From positions 1 through 64,000 of IMG/VR virus record IMGVR_UViG_3300047550_002723: a stretch of 64,000 nt of DNA; one strand, 5' to 3'. The position numbers were made by a program, and so were the translations under genes. Positions within the stretch are counted from its first letter, which is position 1. Every line of letters starts with the position of its first letter. The stretch is from a virus. The notes beneath the pieces were generated by a model. It worked only from the letters and a program-made list of their open reading frames with translations. It made no database searches and had not been told where the DNA came from. Below are positions 10,150-18,160 of the stretch, piece after piece.

Positions 10150-10575
10150 TTAGCTAATATTAGAAGACTTAAGAACCACGCCATAAATTCTTTCAGATTC
10201 GCTCATATAAAAGGTTCCACCAATATTTGTGTTGTAATATTCTTCACTCATTAATACATTACGATTAAATTGTTCATAAGTTTCATAATAACTCATAGAT
10301 TTCTTATGAGGACATAGGTAAAGAATTTCACGAAGAAAATGTTCTTTACCTAATCTTTTTACATCTTCATTAAGTTCATCACAAGATCCGAAGTAATTTT
10401 TCCAATCAGATTCTTCGGTTTTTCTTCGTCCTGTTTTTCTGTTCTTTTGTCTTGTCCAGAAATGTTTTTTACCAATGTACTTTTTATTATTCGTAAGATT
10501 CGTAATTATATAAACAAACCCTTCCATTCCTTTGGGAACAACGGTAAAGACCAATCCATTATATTGCCAATCCAT
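10150..10575 (-). CDS. GIY-YIG family nuclease-like protein
   Basis: GFVYIITN..KKYIGKK, later YYETYEQ..YYN. Confidence 0.8.
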   Translation of the reverse strand: MDWQYNGLVFTVVPKGMEGFVYIITNLTNNKKYIGKKHFWTRQKNRKTGRRKTEESDWKNYFGSCDELNEDVKRLGKEHFLREILYLCPHKKSMSYYETYEQFNRNVLMSEEYYNTNIGGTFYMSESERIYGVVLKSSNIS

Positions 10576-10659
10576 AAGAATTCTTTATTTGATTATTTAG
10601 AGTTGCATTTGGAGAAGGGGAATGGTAGACTGAACAAAGATGATGATTTTCTAAATACT

Positions 10660-10860
10660 ATGGTGACCCTTGAAACCACTCTTCGTCAATCACATGATTG
10701 GGCAATTGATCGGATGCATTTCCTATGCGAACAAAAAAATATTGAAAATGCCCATGCGATTCAATCTGAATTTAGTGAATGGTTGAATCCAGATATTCCA
10801 GAGCATGATGTATTTTCATTAGAGTACATAGGAGAAGAAGATGACATTGGATCTTCATAA
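10660..10860 (+). CDS. Hypothetical protein
   Basis: ATG 10660 after CTAAATA; MVTLETTLRQSHDWAIDRMHFL... Confidence 0.6.
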   Translation: MVTLETTLRQSHDWAIDRMHFLCEQKNIENAHAIQSEFSEWLNPDIPEHDVFSLEYIGEEDDIGSS

Positions 10861-11512
10861 CTTTTTTAAGTTTTACGACGAAAACAATTCAAATCATGTA
10901 TCAGCAGTTCAATGGTTAGAAGATAACCTACCTGCTCAATTCCTTGACGATTCAGAAACCGATTGGATTGGAATTTTTAGAACTAAACCACCTACACCAG
11001 CAGTTCTAAATGTTCCATACTTCAATCAAGTAGATAACTATAGAGATGCACATAGAACTTGCAACAGTTCATCATGTGCCATGTGTCTTGCTTTCCTTAA
11101 ACCAGGAAGCATCAAAGGCGATGACGAATATGTCAAGAAAGTATTTGCGATTGGTGACACGACTGACCATGCGGTTCAGACAAAGGTTCTGGCAGGTTAT
11201 GGAGTTAAGTCACACTTTAGTTACAATCTTTCTTTTGCTGACATTGATAAAAGTCTTGACGCTGGGAAGCCCGTTGTTATTGGTATCCTTCATAGGGGTT
11301 CTCTTTCTGCACCTACTGGTGGGCATATGTGTGTAGTCATCGGTAAAACTCCAGATGGTAAAGGATACTATGTCAATGATCCATATGGTTCATTGAACGA
11401 TAACTATACTGGTCCTGTAACTAACGGTAAGAAAACAATTTATACGAAAGCAGTTCTTAAGCACCGTTGGTGTCCAGGAGGCAACGATGGATGGGGCAGA
11501 ATCTTCGACTAG
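10841..11512 (+). CDS. C39-like cysteine peptidase with N-terminal lysin-associated module
   Basis: LNVPYFNQ..TCNSSSCAM, GGHMCVVIG, VNDPYG (C/H/D triad). Confidence 0.85.
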   Translation: MTLDLHNFFKFYDENNSNHVSAVQWLEDNLPAQFLDDSETDWIGIFRTKPPTPAVLNVPYFNQVDNYRDAHRTCNSSSCAMCLAFLKPGSIKGDDEYVKKVFAIGDTTDHAVQTKVLAGYGVKSHFSYNLSFADIDKSLDAGKPVVIGILHRGSLSAPTGGHMCVVIGKTPDGKGYYVNDPYGSLNDNYTGPVTNGKKTIYTKAVLKHRWCPGGNDGWGRIFD

Positions 11513-11633
11513 ATTTAAGGCAAAGATGCTTAAGGTCATTAAAGATCTTACAAATAGTGGAAGGTATCTAGAGGCAAACGAACTTTATCAACGTTATTTC
11601 GGAGACAACAATGGCAAGAATCGATCTACATAA
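11487..11633 (+). CDS. Small ORF bridging peptidase and lysozyme (48 aa, or 35 aa from ATG 11526)
   Basis: MDGAESSTRFKAKMLKVIKDLTNSGRYLEANELYQRYFGD...; overlaps both neighbours. Confidence 0.4.
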   Translation: MDGAESSTRFKAKMLKVIKDLTNSGRYLEANELYQRYFGDNNGKNRST

Positions 11634-12282
11634 CTTCTTCAAGTTTTATGACGAGAAGAACCCCAATCACGTTAAAGCAGTGCAGTGGTTGGAAGATAAC
11701 CTCCCAGTCAAGTATCTAGAAGATAATATTGATTGGGCGGAAATTTATCGTGGAAAAAAGACTAGTGTTGCACCAGTATCCACACCCACTGCTGCAGCTA
11801 CTGTGACAGGTGGTGATGATATGCCTATGATGGGATTAAAACTCATCAAAGAGTTTGAAGGATGTCATTTAAAGGCATATCCAGATCCTCTCACCGGTGG
11901 ACTTCCAATCACTATTGGTTGGGGTTCAACTCGTAAGAAAGATGGATCGGCATTTAAACTTGGTGATACTTTAACTCAGCAAGAAGCAGATGAACTTCTT
12001 ATTGAACAATGTAAGAAAGAGTTCCTTCCTGCCTTGCGTAAAATCCCTCATTGGAGTGAAATGTCTGATGGAAAAAGAGGCGCTCTGCTCAGCTTTGCTT
12101 ATAATCTTGGTGCCGGTTTTTACGGTGGCGATAACTTTAATACTATTACTAAACGCTTGAAGAATAAAGAGTGGGACTTAGTTCCCGATGCGCTTTATCT
12201 CTACCGCAATCCTGGTTCAAATGTAGAAGCAGGACTTGCTCGTAGAAGAAAAGCAGAAGGTGAATCTTGGAAAAAAGGTTAA
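11611..12282 (+). CDS. Lysozyme/endolysin (GH24) with same N-terminal module
   Basis: LIKEFEGC..AYPD..TIGWGST catalytic E/D/T; ALLSFAYNLG; GLARRRKAE. Confidence 0.92.
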   Translation: MARIDLHNFFKFYDEKNPNHVKAVQWLEDNLPVKYLEDNIDWAEIYRGKKTSVAPVSTPTAAATVTGGDDMPMMGLKLIKEFEGCHLKAYPDPLTGGLPITIGWGSTRKKDGSAFKLGDTLTQQEADELLIEQCKKEFLPALRKIPHWSEMSDGKRGALLSFAYNLGAGFYGGDNFNTITKRLKNKEWDLVPDALYLYRNPGSNVEAGLARRRKAEGESWKKG

Positions 12283-12300
12283 CCCTCACACTCAAGGACA

Positions 12301-12660
12301 ATGGTAGAACCAAAGAAAAAGGAAAAATGTATGAGCACTATCGTTAGAATTACAGTTTTGAGTTGGAGTGCTGCTTTACTTACAGCATCATACGCAGGTC
12401 TTCTTGCAAAAATGGATCCAACTTTTATTGCTACGGTATTTACTGCCGCAGCAGCAACCTTTGGAGTTGATACTCTGAAGAAAGGAGATGATAAAGATGG
12501 AGATCAACCTCGTAGAGAACCTGAGATCACAGGAGTTGAACCAACTCCAGAACCAGAACCTCCAGCAGATATCGCAGTCGCAAGTGCCCCAACTGAGGGT
12601 TGCCCAAACTGTGATCCAGGAGATACCCCAGACTATAGTAGATCGTCTAGGGCAGTCTAA
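12301..12660 (+). CDS. Two-TM membrane protein, holin candidate
   Basis: Two hydrophobic helices (ITVLSWSAALLTASYAG; FIATVFTAAAATFGV) directly after the endolysin. Confidence 0.5.
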   Translation: MVEPKKKEKCMSTIVRITVLSWSAALLTASYAGLLAKMDPTFIATVFTAAAATFGVDTLKKGDDKDGDQPRREPEITGVEPTPEPEPPADIAVASAPTEGCPNCDPGDTPDYSRSSRAV

Positions 12661-13390
12661 TTCACTTAGACCTCCAGTTACAAAGGGTTTGGCACTTCCT
12701 ATTTTTGAAATGCCAAACCCCTCTTTAAATTATCCTGTGATTGATGTTCCAACACAGGAAGAGTTTGATGCGGCAGTAAGAGCAGATAAGGAAAAACAAC
12801 AACAGGAAATTGATAAATCAAGAGGATTACCTGATACCTCCCCCCCTCAATTGCCTCAAGCACTTCAAACCCCCCCTACTCAAACGCCCATTGCTGAAAT
12901 CCCAGCAGATAAACCTCAACCAACATTTACAGTTCTTGGAACCGATATTAATCTACCTGATCCTTCTCTTGTTGCTACGGCAGGTGCTGTCGCAGTAGTT
13001 ACGACTGCTGCCACAATGATGGCAACAACGACACTCAATGTCCTTAAGAACGCAGCAGAACCCTTAATTAAAGAGGCAACTAAGAATAAGTTTAAAATCA
13101 AAATTAAACAAGTTAAACCAGTTCTGCATTATGTTTTAGCAGAAGGTGGTCATATTGATATTTTTGAATATTCTTCTGAGGGAACTAAAATGATTGGTCA
13201 AACGGATAACGTAGAGCAATACATCCGTGACCAAGTTGAAATTAATGCTTTGTATGAGATTGATAATAAGATTATTATTGACGATGTAATTTCAAATAAA
13301 TTTACAAAAGAGGGGCAGAAGAGATTTAAACCTCTCTTTGCCCCTGCGAAAAAAATTGCTAAAAAACTTTCTGCTCGTTTATCAATTTAA
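12497..13390 (+). CDS. P/Q-rich protein with internal hydrophobic helix
   Basis: LVATAGAVAVVTTAATMMATT segment; start uncertain (12488/12497), overlaps upstream gene. Confidence 0.6.
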   Translation: MEINLVENLRSQELNQLQNQNLQQISQSQVPQLRVAQTVIQEIPQTIVDRLGQSNSLRPPVTKGLALPIFEMPNPSLNYPVIDVPTQEEFDAAVRADKEKQQQEIDKSRGLPDTSPPQLPQALQTPPTQTPIAEIPADKPQPTFTVLGTDINLPDPSLVATAGAVAVVTTAATMMATTTLNVLKNAAEPLIKEATKNKFKIKIKQVKPVLHYVLAEGGHIDIFEYSSEGTKMIGQTDNVEQYIRDQVEINALYEIDNKIIIDDVISNKFTKEGQKRFKPLFAPAKKIAKKLSARLSI

Positions 13391-13536
13391 AAATCTAAGT
13401 TTGAGACAATCCAAGTAATAATTGCTGCTGGTACATGAGCAATCACATTGTAAAGAGAATCAAGGATAAAATTATTAAACCTTGATTCTTTTTTTTCTTC
13501 TTTCTTTTCTTCAGACTTTTGTATTGTTTGAGTCAT
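13387..13536 (-). CDS. Small hypothetical protein (49 aa)
   Basis: MTQTIQKSEEKKEEKKESRFNNFILDSLYNVIAHVPAAIITWIVSNLDF; ATGA coupling with SNase gene. Confidence 0.55.
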   Translation of the reverse strand: MTQTIQKSEEKKEEKKESRFNNFILDSLYNVIAHVPAAIITWIVSNLDF

Positions 13537-13946
13537 TTCTTTCTCTTGGCATCGAGTTCTGAGAAATTCTTTTTCTTTGTTCCACCATCATATTCCCAAG
13601 CATATCCTTCAATAATCATCTGATTGTTGAGTGATACTTCTTCATTGTTAATAAATAAGTGACCAATGATTCTTCCATATTTTTCGGTAGAATCTGGTAG
13701 TTCAGTTTTGATGATAATATCTTTAGCAAACTCAAGACGGTGCTTTAACCAATCTTTTGATTCAAGTCCGTACTTTTTTTCATTTACATCTGCTGTGCGT
13801 GATTCGGGAGTATCTACACCAGCAAGACGAATTCGTTTTGTGAGGGAGATATCAAACCCAAGATCAATATCCGCATCGATGGTGTCCCCATCAACAACTT
13901 TATGAATCTCACGAATTCTGTAAATATAAGGATCTTTGTTTTCCAT
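13533..13946 (-). CDS. Thermonuclease (SNase-like)
   Basis: VVDGDTID, RIRLAGVDTPES, EKYGRIIG motifs. Confidence 0.9.
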   Translation of the reverse strand: MENKDPYIYRIREIHKVVDGDTIDADIDLGFDISLTKRIRLAGVDTPESRTADVNEKKYGLESKDWLKHRLEFAKDIIIKTELPDSTEKYGRIIGHLFINNEEVSLNNQMIIEGYAWEYDGGTKKKNFSELDAKRKK

Positions 13947-14158
13947 CAGAAGGGTAAACCGAACTTCTGAGTATTTAGTTTTGGAATAGGTAATTTTTCA
14001 AATGCTTTATTGACCTGATTCTCTACAACTTTACCAACGAACTGCTCTGGGTTGTTGAGAATTGCTTCTGCTTTTTTATAAGTCACATAAGCACCATAAC
14101 AAAGTGCTCCACTAATGACTAAACTTGTTGTAGATAAAATAAGTGCTAGGTGCTTCAT
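13946..14158 (-). CDS. Small membrane-anchored protein
   Basis: N-terminal hydrophobic helix, 70 aa. Confidence 0.6.
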   Translation of the reverse strand: MKHLALILSTTSLVISGALCYGAYVTYKKAEAILNNPEQFVGKVVENQVNKAFEKLPIPKLNTQKFGLPF

Positions 14159-14334
14159 TTTTTCTTTCCTCCTTTTTTAATCGTTCTTTTGTCGGGACGA
14201 GAGTGTCCGTTCTTGTGAATCCATTTTGCCATCCTTCATTTCCTCATGTGCTAGTTTTAATATGTAGTAGATTACATATGCTGTAAAGGTAAGACCACAA
14301 CTTAATATAATTACTACTCCCCAAGGAAATATAT

Positions 14335-14532
14335 TCATTCTCGTCCCTCTTCTTTATGAATCCAAACTTTCAAATCTTTTACATATTTTCTTAATATTTC
14401 TGCTTGCGATAAATGCCAGTCATCTCCAGTTTTTGTGTAATTCTTGATATGCTCGTCTATAGCATCAAGACACTTTTTAATTACTGGATTCCAGGGTTCT
14501 CGAATCGGGGTATTCCATTCTCTTTTGGACAT
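14335..14532 (-). CDS. Hypothetical protein
   Basis: MSKREWNTPIREPWNPVIKKCLDAIDEH... in the minus-strand operon. Confidence 0.65.
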   Translation of the reverse strand: MSKREWNTPIREPWNPVIKKCLDAIDEHIKNYTKTGDDWHLSQAEILRKYVKDLKVWIHKEEGRE

Positions 14533-14632
14533 AAGTATTCAATAGTATAAAGTTGCCCTTTGTGTATAAAATCAATCTTACATAAATTCGGACCAATCAT
14601 AACATTACCAGCAATTAAAATTTCTAATAACA

Positions 14633-14746
14633 TTATTTCTTTTTGCCTCCATTTTTTGCTTTCTTGGCAGTTGCATTACCTTGATTTTGTTTAGGTTGCT
14701 TTCCACCACCAGATCCTTTCTTACCTTTATTTGCGGACTTGGACAT
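14633..14746 (-). CDS. Very basic 37-aa K/G-rich peptide
   Basis: MSKSANKGKKGSGGGKQPKQNQGNATAKKAKNGGKKK; not in ORF track. Confidence 0.6.
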   Translation of the reverse strand: MSKSANKGKKGSGGGKQPKQNQGNATAKKAKNGGKKK

Positions 14747-15344
14747 TTTCTTGCATTTTTGGAGACTTAATATTTATTGAATTTGCGGGATCTATTGTAA
14801 CAATTTTTGGTGGTTGTATTATAATATCCGCACAAATCTTTGCATAAGGACTCTGTGGATGAAATGATATTCCGTTCTTAATTGCTTCACCACACTTCAA
14901 CAGACGAACTAGTTCAAAATCAAGTCGTGCCTTATCTGCCTCTGCCTGCTGCCTGGTTATTTCAGTTCTGACTCTTGCCTTACAAAGTTCCTGAAACGAC
15001 CCATCAAGAGGTATAGAGAATCCTGCAGAGAGTCCTCCATTAAATGAATTGGTTTGATATGTTGTTGGATCAGTACTACCTGCAAGACTATTGTATCCAA
15101 AGGTCTGGAGATTCAGAGTTGGACCTTGGCAAGAAACACCACTACCATAAGTATTTACAGAAAAAGGACCCTGTAGCACCTGTACCGCCTGGTTGGTTAC
15201 ATTACCGGTCGCAGATGCTGAGGGTCCTGCAATATTCGTATTAGAGGGTGCTTCTGCAAATACAGGAGACGATAAACCGATTATTGTGTGAAGACTGATA
15301 ATGAATTTGTGGTAGACTCTTCTACCGTTTTGCGATCTATCCAT
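14727..15344 (-). CDS. Secreted/envelope protein
   Basis: Signal-like ..IIGLSSPVFA/E; four Cys; start uncertain. Confidence 0.6.
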   Translation of the reverse strand: MDRSQNGRRVYHKFIISLHTIIGLSSPVFAEAPSNTNIAGPSASATGNVTNQAVQVLQGPFSVNTYGSGVSCQGPTLNLQTFGYNSLAGSTDPTTYQTNSFNGGLSAGFSIPLDGSFQELCKARVRTEITRQQAEADKARLDFELVRLLKCGEAIKNGISFHPQSPYAKICADIIIQPPKIVTIDPANSINIKSPKMQENVQVRK

Positions 15345-15643
15345 GTTTCTTTCGCAATTCCAGGAGTCAAGTGTGTTTCACTAAACTGGAACGGAGCACC
15401 TTGATTAATAATTGTGTAGTTCGCACCTGGACCAGGACGGTCAGGAATATTAATATTAGTACCAGTGACAGTATAAGATGTCCCAGTTGTATATTCTATT
15501 TGTTTGATTACTTCAACTACTTCAGTGCGAGTTTTAGTCTCAGAAGTAATTGTTCCACTTGTAAAATTAGGAGTGACTGAACCAGCATATGAAGGAGTAA
15601 TAACTCCCAAGACTACAACCAGTCCGAGAGTTATATGTTTCAC
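15281..15643 (-). CDS. Secreted beta-rich protein
   Basis: Signal peptide MKHITLGLVVVLGVITPSYA. Confidence 0.65.
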   Translation of the reverse strand: MKHITLGLVVVLGVITPSYAGSVTPNFTSGTITSETKTRTEVVEVIKQIEYTTGTSYTVTGTNINIPDRPGPGANYTIINQGAPFQFSETHLTPGIAKETWIDRKTVEESTTNSLSVFTQ

Positions 15644-16101
15644 TTGAATACGCTCAGTTCAATTGTTCTTTGTGCTGTACCAGTTGATCCAGGTCCACCA
15701 GCCGTGATAGTAGGCACACCAGTTCCACTAAGAGAACCTGCAAGGGATCCTTTATCTCCACCTAATTGTGTGGTGGAATTGCTATAGAGATTTGGTGAAG
15801 CAATTGTTCCAGAAGCTGCCGACTGAGAGGTGACAACTGTATCAGCAGTAATAGAAGTTTCTGCGAAACTAAATGCTTGCCCATTTGTATTGATGTTATA
15901 GGAACCTGCACTTCCAACTCCACCAAGAGTTGTAACATTGATATTTGTTCCTGATACTGAGTAGGAAGCACCTACTCTATTTGATTGAACCACTGCACCC
16001 TGAACGCTTAACTGTACGGAATCAACAATTTTATTTGTAATTTCAGCAGCAAAAGCAGGAGTAGTAAAGAATAACGAAAAGACTAGTGCTAATCTCTTCA
16101 T
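15640..16101 (-). CDS. Secreted S/T/G-rich beta protein
   Basis: Signal peptide MKRLALVFSLFFTTPAFA from ATG 16101; minus-strand CTAAATA late-type promoter at ~16132-16138. Confidence 0.65.
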   Translation of the reverse strand: MKRLALVFSLFFTTPAFAAEITNKIVDSVQLSVQGAVVQSNRVGASYSVSGTNINVTTLGGVGSAGSYNINTNGQAFSFAETSITADTVVTSQSAASGTIASPNLYSNSTTQLGGDKGSLAGSLSGTGVPTITAGGPGSTGTAQRTIELSVFK

Positions 16102-16212
16102 TGTTCTATGAGGTGATAAGATATACATTTGTATTTAGTAAGACGATTCTCAAACTGGACTACTTGACAAAACCTAAATAAAAACTTATTATGGAAAATC
16201 CTTCAACAGGGA

Positions 16213-16305
16213 TTACATCATGAGATTTTGATGTGATTTTAGAGCCGTGGAAGGTGCCCTTCGAGAGAGGTGGTGTACCCCCCTTCTATACGGATGTAGA
16301 GTTCA
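16213..16305 (+). promoter_or_regulatory. Structured 5' leader of the cell-wall hydrolase gene
   Basis: ACATCA/TGATGT hairpin, then CCGT-GGAAGG...CCTTCT-ACGG stem enclosing a CTTC-GAGA-GAGG hairpin; GC-rich relative to flanks. Confidence 0.45.
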
Positions 16306-16315
16306 ATTAATTTTA

Positions 16316-16969
16316 ATGCAATCAATCTTTACAGTAGCCCTGCCTCTTCTGGCAACGGTTACAACCAGTACGGCAACACTGCCTTTCTCTAGTTATAAAC
16401 TGCAAGGTCCTCCTCCTCCAGTGGACGAAAAACCTTACTCAATTATTAAAGAGTTTGAACCTGAGAAGACAGCAATCCTAGAGGTTGCACCAACAAAGCC
16501 AAAAGAGAAAAGGTTAATTTGTAAAGGGTGTTCGGAACATGAGAACCTTGCTTTGGAATATTTCCAAGATCAAGGAATTAAAGACAGAAACGCCCTTGCT
16601 ACCATCATGGGCAATATTAAGCAGGAATCTATGTTTGTGCCTAATATTTGTGAAGGTGGTAGTAGGACTCAGTACCATCACTGCTGGCGTGGTTATGGAC
16701 TGATTCAATGGACATCTGCCGATCGTTATTATGGATTGGGTGATTTTGCTAAGAAGTTTGGTGGCTCTCCATCAGAACTTCAAACGCAACTTCGTTATCT
16801 AACAAATGAAGTTCAGTGGCAACGAATTGAAGACCGTATGAAGACTCCTGGAAAGTCTATCAATCGTTACATGGACTATGCGTATAGTTGGATTGGTTGG
16901 GGGCATCATGGTGCTCGCACTTCGTATGCTCATGATTATGCCTCTCGACTGATTCAAGTGGAAGTCTGA
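16316..16969 (+). CDS. Phage tail-lysozyme-like cell wall hydrolase with signal peptide
   Basis: ATIMGNIKQES, GYGLIQWT..R, QLRYL motifs; ATG 16316. Confidence 0.8.
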   Translation: MQSIFTVALPLLATVTTSTATLPFSSYKLQGPPPPVDEKPYSIIKEFEPEKTAILEVAPTKPKEKRLICKGCSEHENLALEYFQDQGIKDRNALATIMGNIKQESMFVPNICEGGSRTQYHHCWRGYGLIQWTSADRYYGLGDFAKKFGGSPSELQTQLRYLTNEVQWQRIEDRMKTPGKSINRYMDYAYSWIGWGHHGARTSYAHDYASRLIQVEV

Positions 16970-17037
16970 TTAGTTAAGGGAGTCTCTTCTCCCTTTTCTT
17001 GCATATATAAACATATCTTATTTTATTGGAGATTATT

Positions 17038-17220
17038 ATGACTGTATCACAAGAACTGCTGAATGCTGTTGAAGCGTGGAAAGTAGAAGACGAAAAATTT
17101 ACTGCTGGAAATAGTGCAGCAGGCACTCGTGCTCGTAAAGCACTTCAAGAGATTGCTAAACTGGTCAAAACTCGTAGAACTGAGATCACTGAAGAAAAAA
17201 ACGCCCGTAAGGCGGCTTGA
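17038..17220 (+). CDS. Histone H1-like Hc1-family protein
   Basis: GNSAAGTRARKALQEI signature. Confidence 0.7.
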   Translation: MTVSQELLNAVEAWKVEDEKFTAGNSAAGTRARKALQEIAKLVKTRRTEITEEKNARKAA

Positions 17221-17280
17221 CGAATTAAGGTCTAAGACCTTATAATACTCTCATGGGCAAAGGGGGTCCAAACCTCTTGT

Positions 17281-17332
17281 AAGACCTGCCCCTCCCATGC
17301 CTCTCAACGATGCACAAACAGGGAGGTCTCTT
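17281..17332 (-). ncRNA. abiF-like RNA hairpin (minus strand)
   Basis: Reverse complement CCUCCC-UGUUUG-UGC-AUCGUUGAGAG-GCA-U-GGGAGG resembles the abiF motif as I recall it; not searched. Confidence 0.45.
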
Positions 17333-17609
17333 GTCTCAGTAGCTCAGTCGGAATAGAGCATCTGCCTTAAACATAAATGGAGCGTCATAAAGGAAACTTT
17401 ATGAATGTAACTTCTCAAATTCGGGGAACCCTTTAAAATGGCAATCCCGAGCCAAGCATCGTTAGATGAAGGTGTAGAGACTTTACGGGAAGTGCCTAAG
17501 TCCTTTGGGATATGGTAAAGAGAAAGTCCAGACCACAAACAGAAATGGCGGAGAAATCCGTAGTGGTAAGCTAAGCAGTTGGTCGGGGGTTCGAGTCCCT
17601 CCTGAGACG
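17333..17609 (+). tRNA. trnR: tRNA-Arg(UCU) split by group I intron (exons 17333-17368 and 17571-17609)
   Basis: Joined exons give GTCTCAG/CTGAGAC acceptor, GCTC/GAGC D-stem, CTGC-CTTCTAA-GCAG anticodon arm, GGGGG-TTCGAGT-CCCTC T-arm. Confidence 0.9.
17369..17570 (+). mobile_element. Group I intron, 202 nt, in tRNA anticodon
   Basis: Follows U, ends in G; P AAATTCGGGGAA, Q AATCCCGAGC, R GTAGAGACTTTA, S AAGAGAAAGTCC; GAAA-capped P2 and P9; CCTAAG/TATGG receptor in P8. Confidence 0.9.
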
Positions 17610-17658
17610 TTTTTTGAACCTTTTAATGCATAAATAATAGTAACTAAAAGGTTCCATT

Positions 17659-18129
17659 ATGGTTAAATGTTTATTTTGTGGAGAGAAGACTTCTAATCCA
17701 AAATTTTGCGGTAGAAGTTGTGCTGCTTCTTATAATAATAAAAAGGTTCCTAAAAGAAAACCAGAACATAAATGTATTGATTGTGGGAAACCCATAACAG
17801 CAAATCGCGCTCGTTGTATGGAACACTATTTGGTATGGACTAAGAATAGAGAAGTAAAAGATATGACTCTTAAAGAAGCAATATATGAAAAACATCACAA
17901 ATCATCAGCATTCGCCTTAGTGAGAACAAGAGCAAGAGCAGTTGCTAAAAAACTTGGTTTTAACGAATGTGTTAAATGTGGATATGATAAACACATAGAA
18001 ATAGCACATATTAAACCAATATCTTCTTTTAGTGATGAGGTTATGATAAGTGTAATTAATGCCCGTGAAAATATAATGCCTTTGTGCCCAAATTGCCATT
18101 GGGAATATGACCATAACCTTTGGACTTGA
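17659..18129 (+). CDS. Free-standing HNH endonuclease with N-terminal Zn fingers
   Basis: CVKCG..IEIAHIKP..NARENIMPLCPNCHWEYD; several CxxC. Confidence 0.88.
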   Translation: MVKCLFCGEKTSNPKFCGRSCAASYNNKKVPKRKPEHKCIDCGKPITANRARCMEHYLVWTKNREVKDMTLKEAIYEKHHKSSAFALVRTRARAVAKKLGFNECVKCGYDKHIEIAHIKPISSFSDEVMISVINARENIMPLCPNCHWEYDHNLWT

Positions 18130-18160
18130 CATAATCTCAGAACTGGTGTAATATATAAAA

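Noticed and set aside
16247-16315. N-terminal extension of the hydrolase from GTG 16247 (likewise extensions at 18705, 35096 and 36584)
   Set aside because: Extensions cross promoters or structured leaders; downstream ATGs give proper N-termini
17344-17538. 64-aa minus-strand ORF
   Set aside because: Antisense to the tRNA exon and group I intron core
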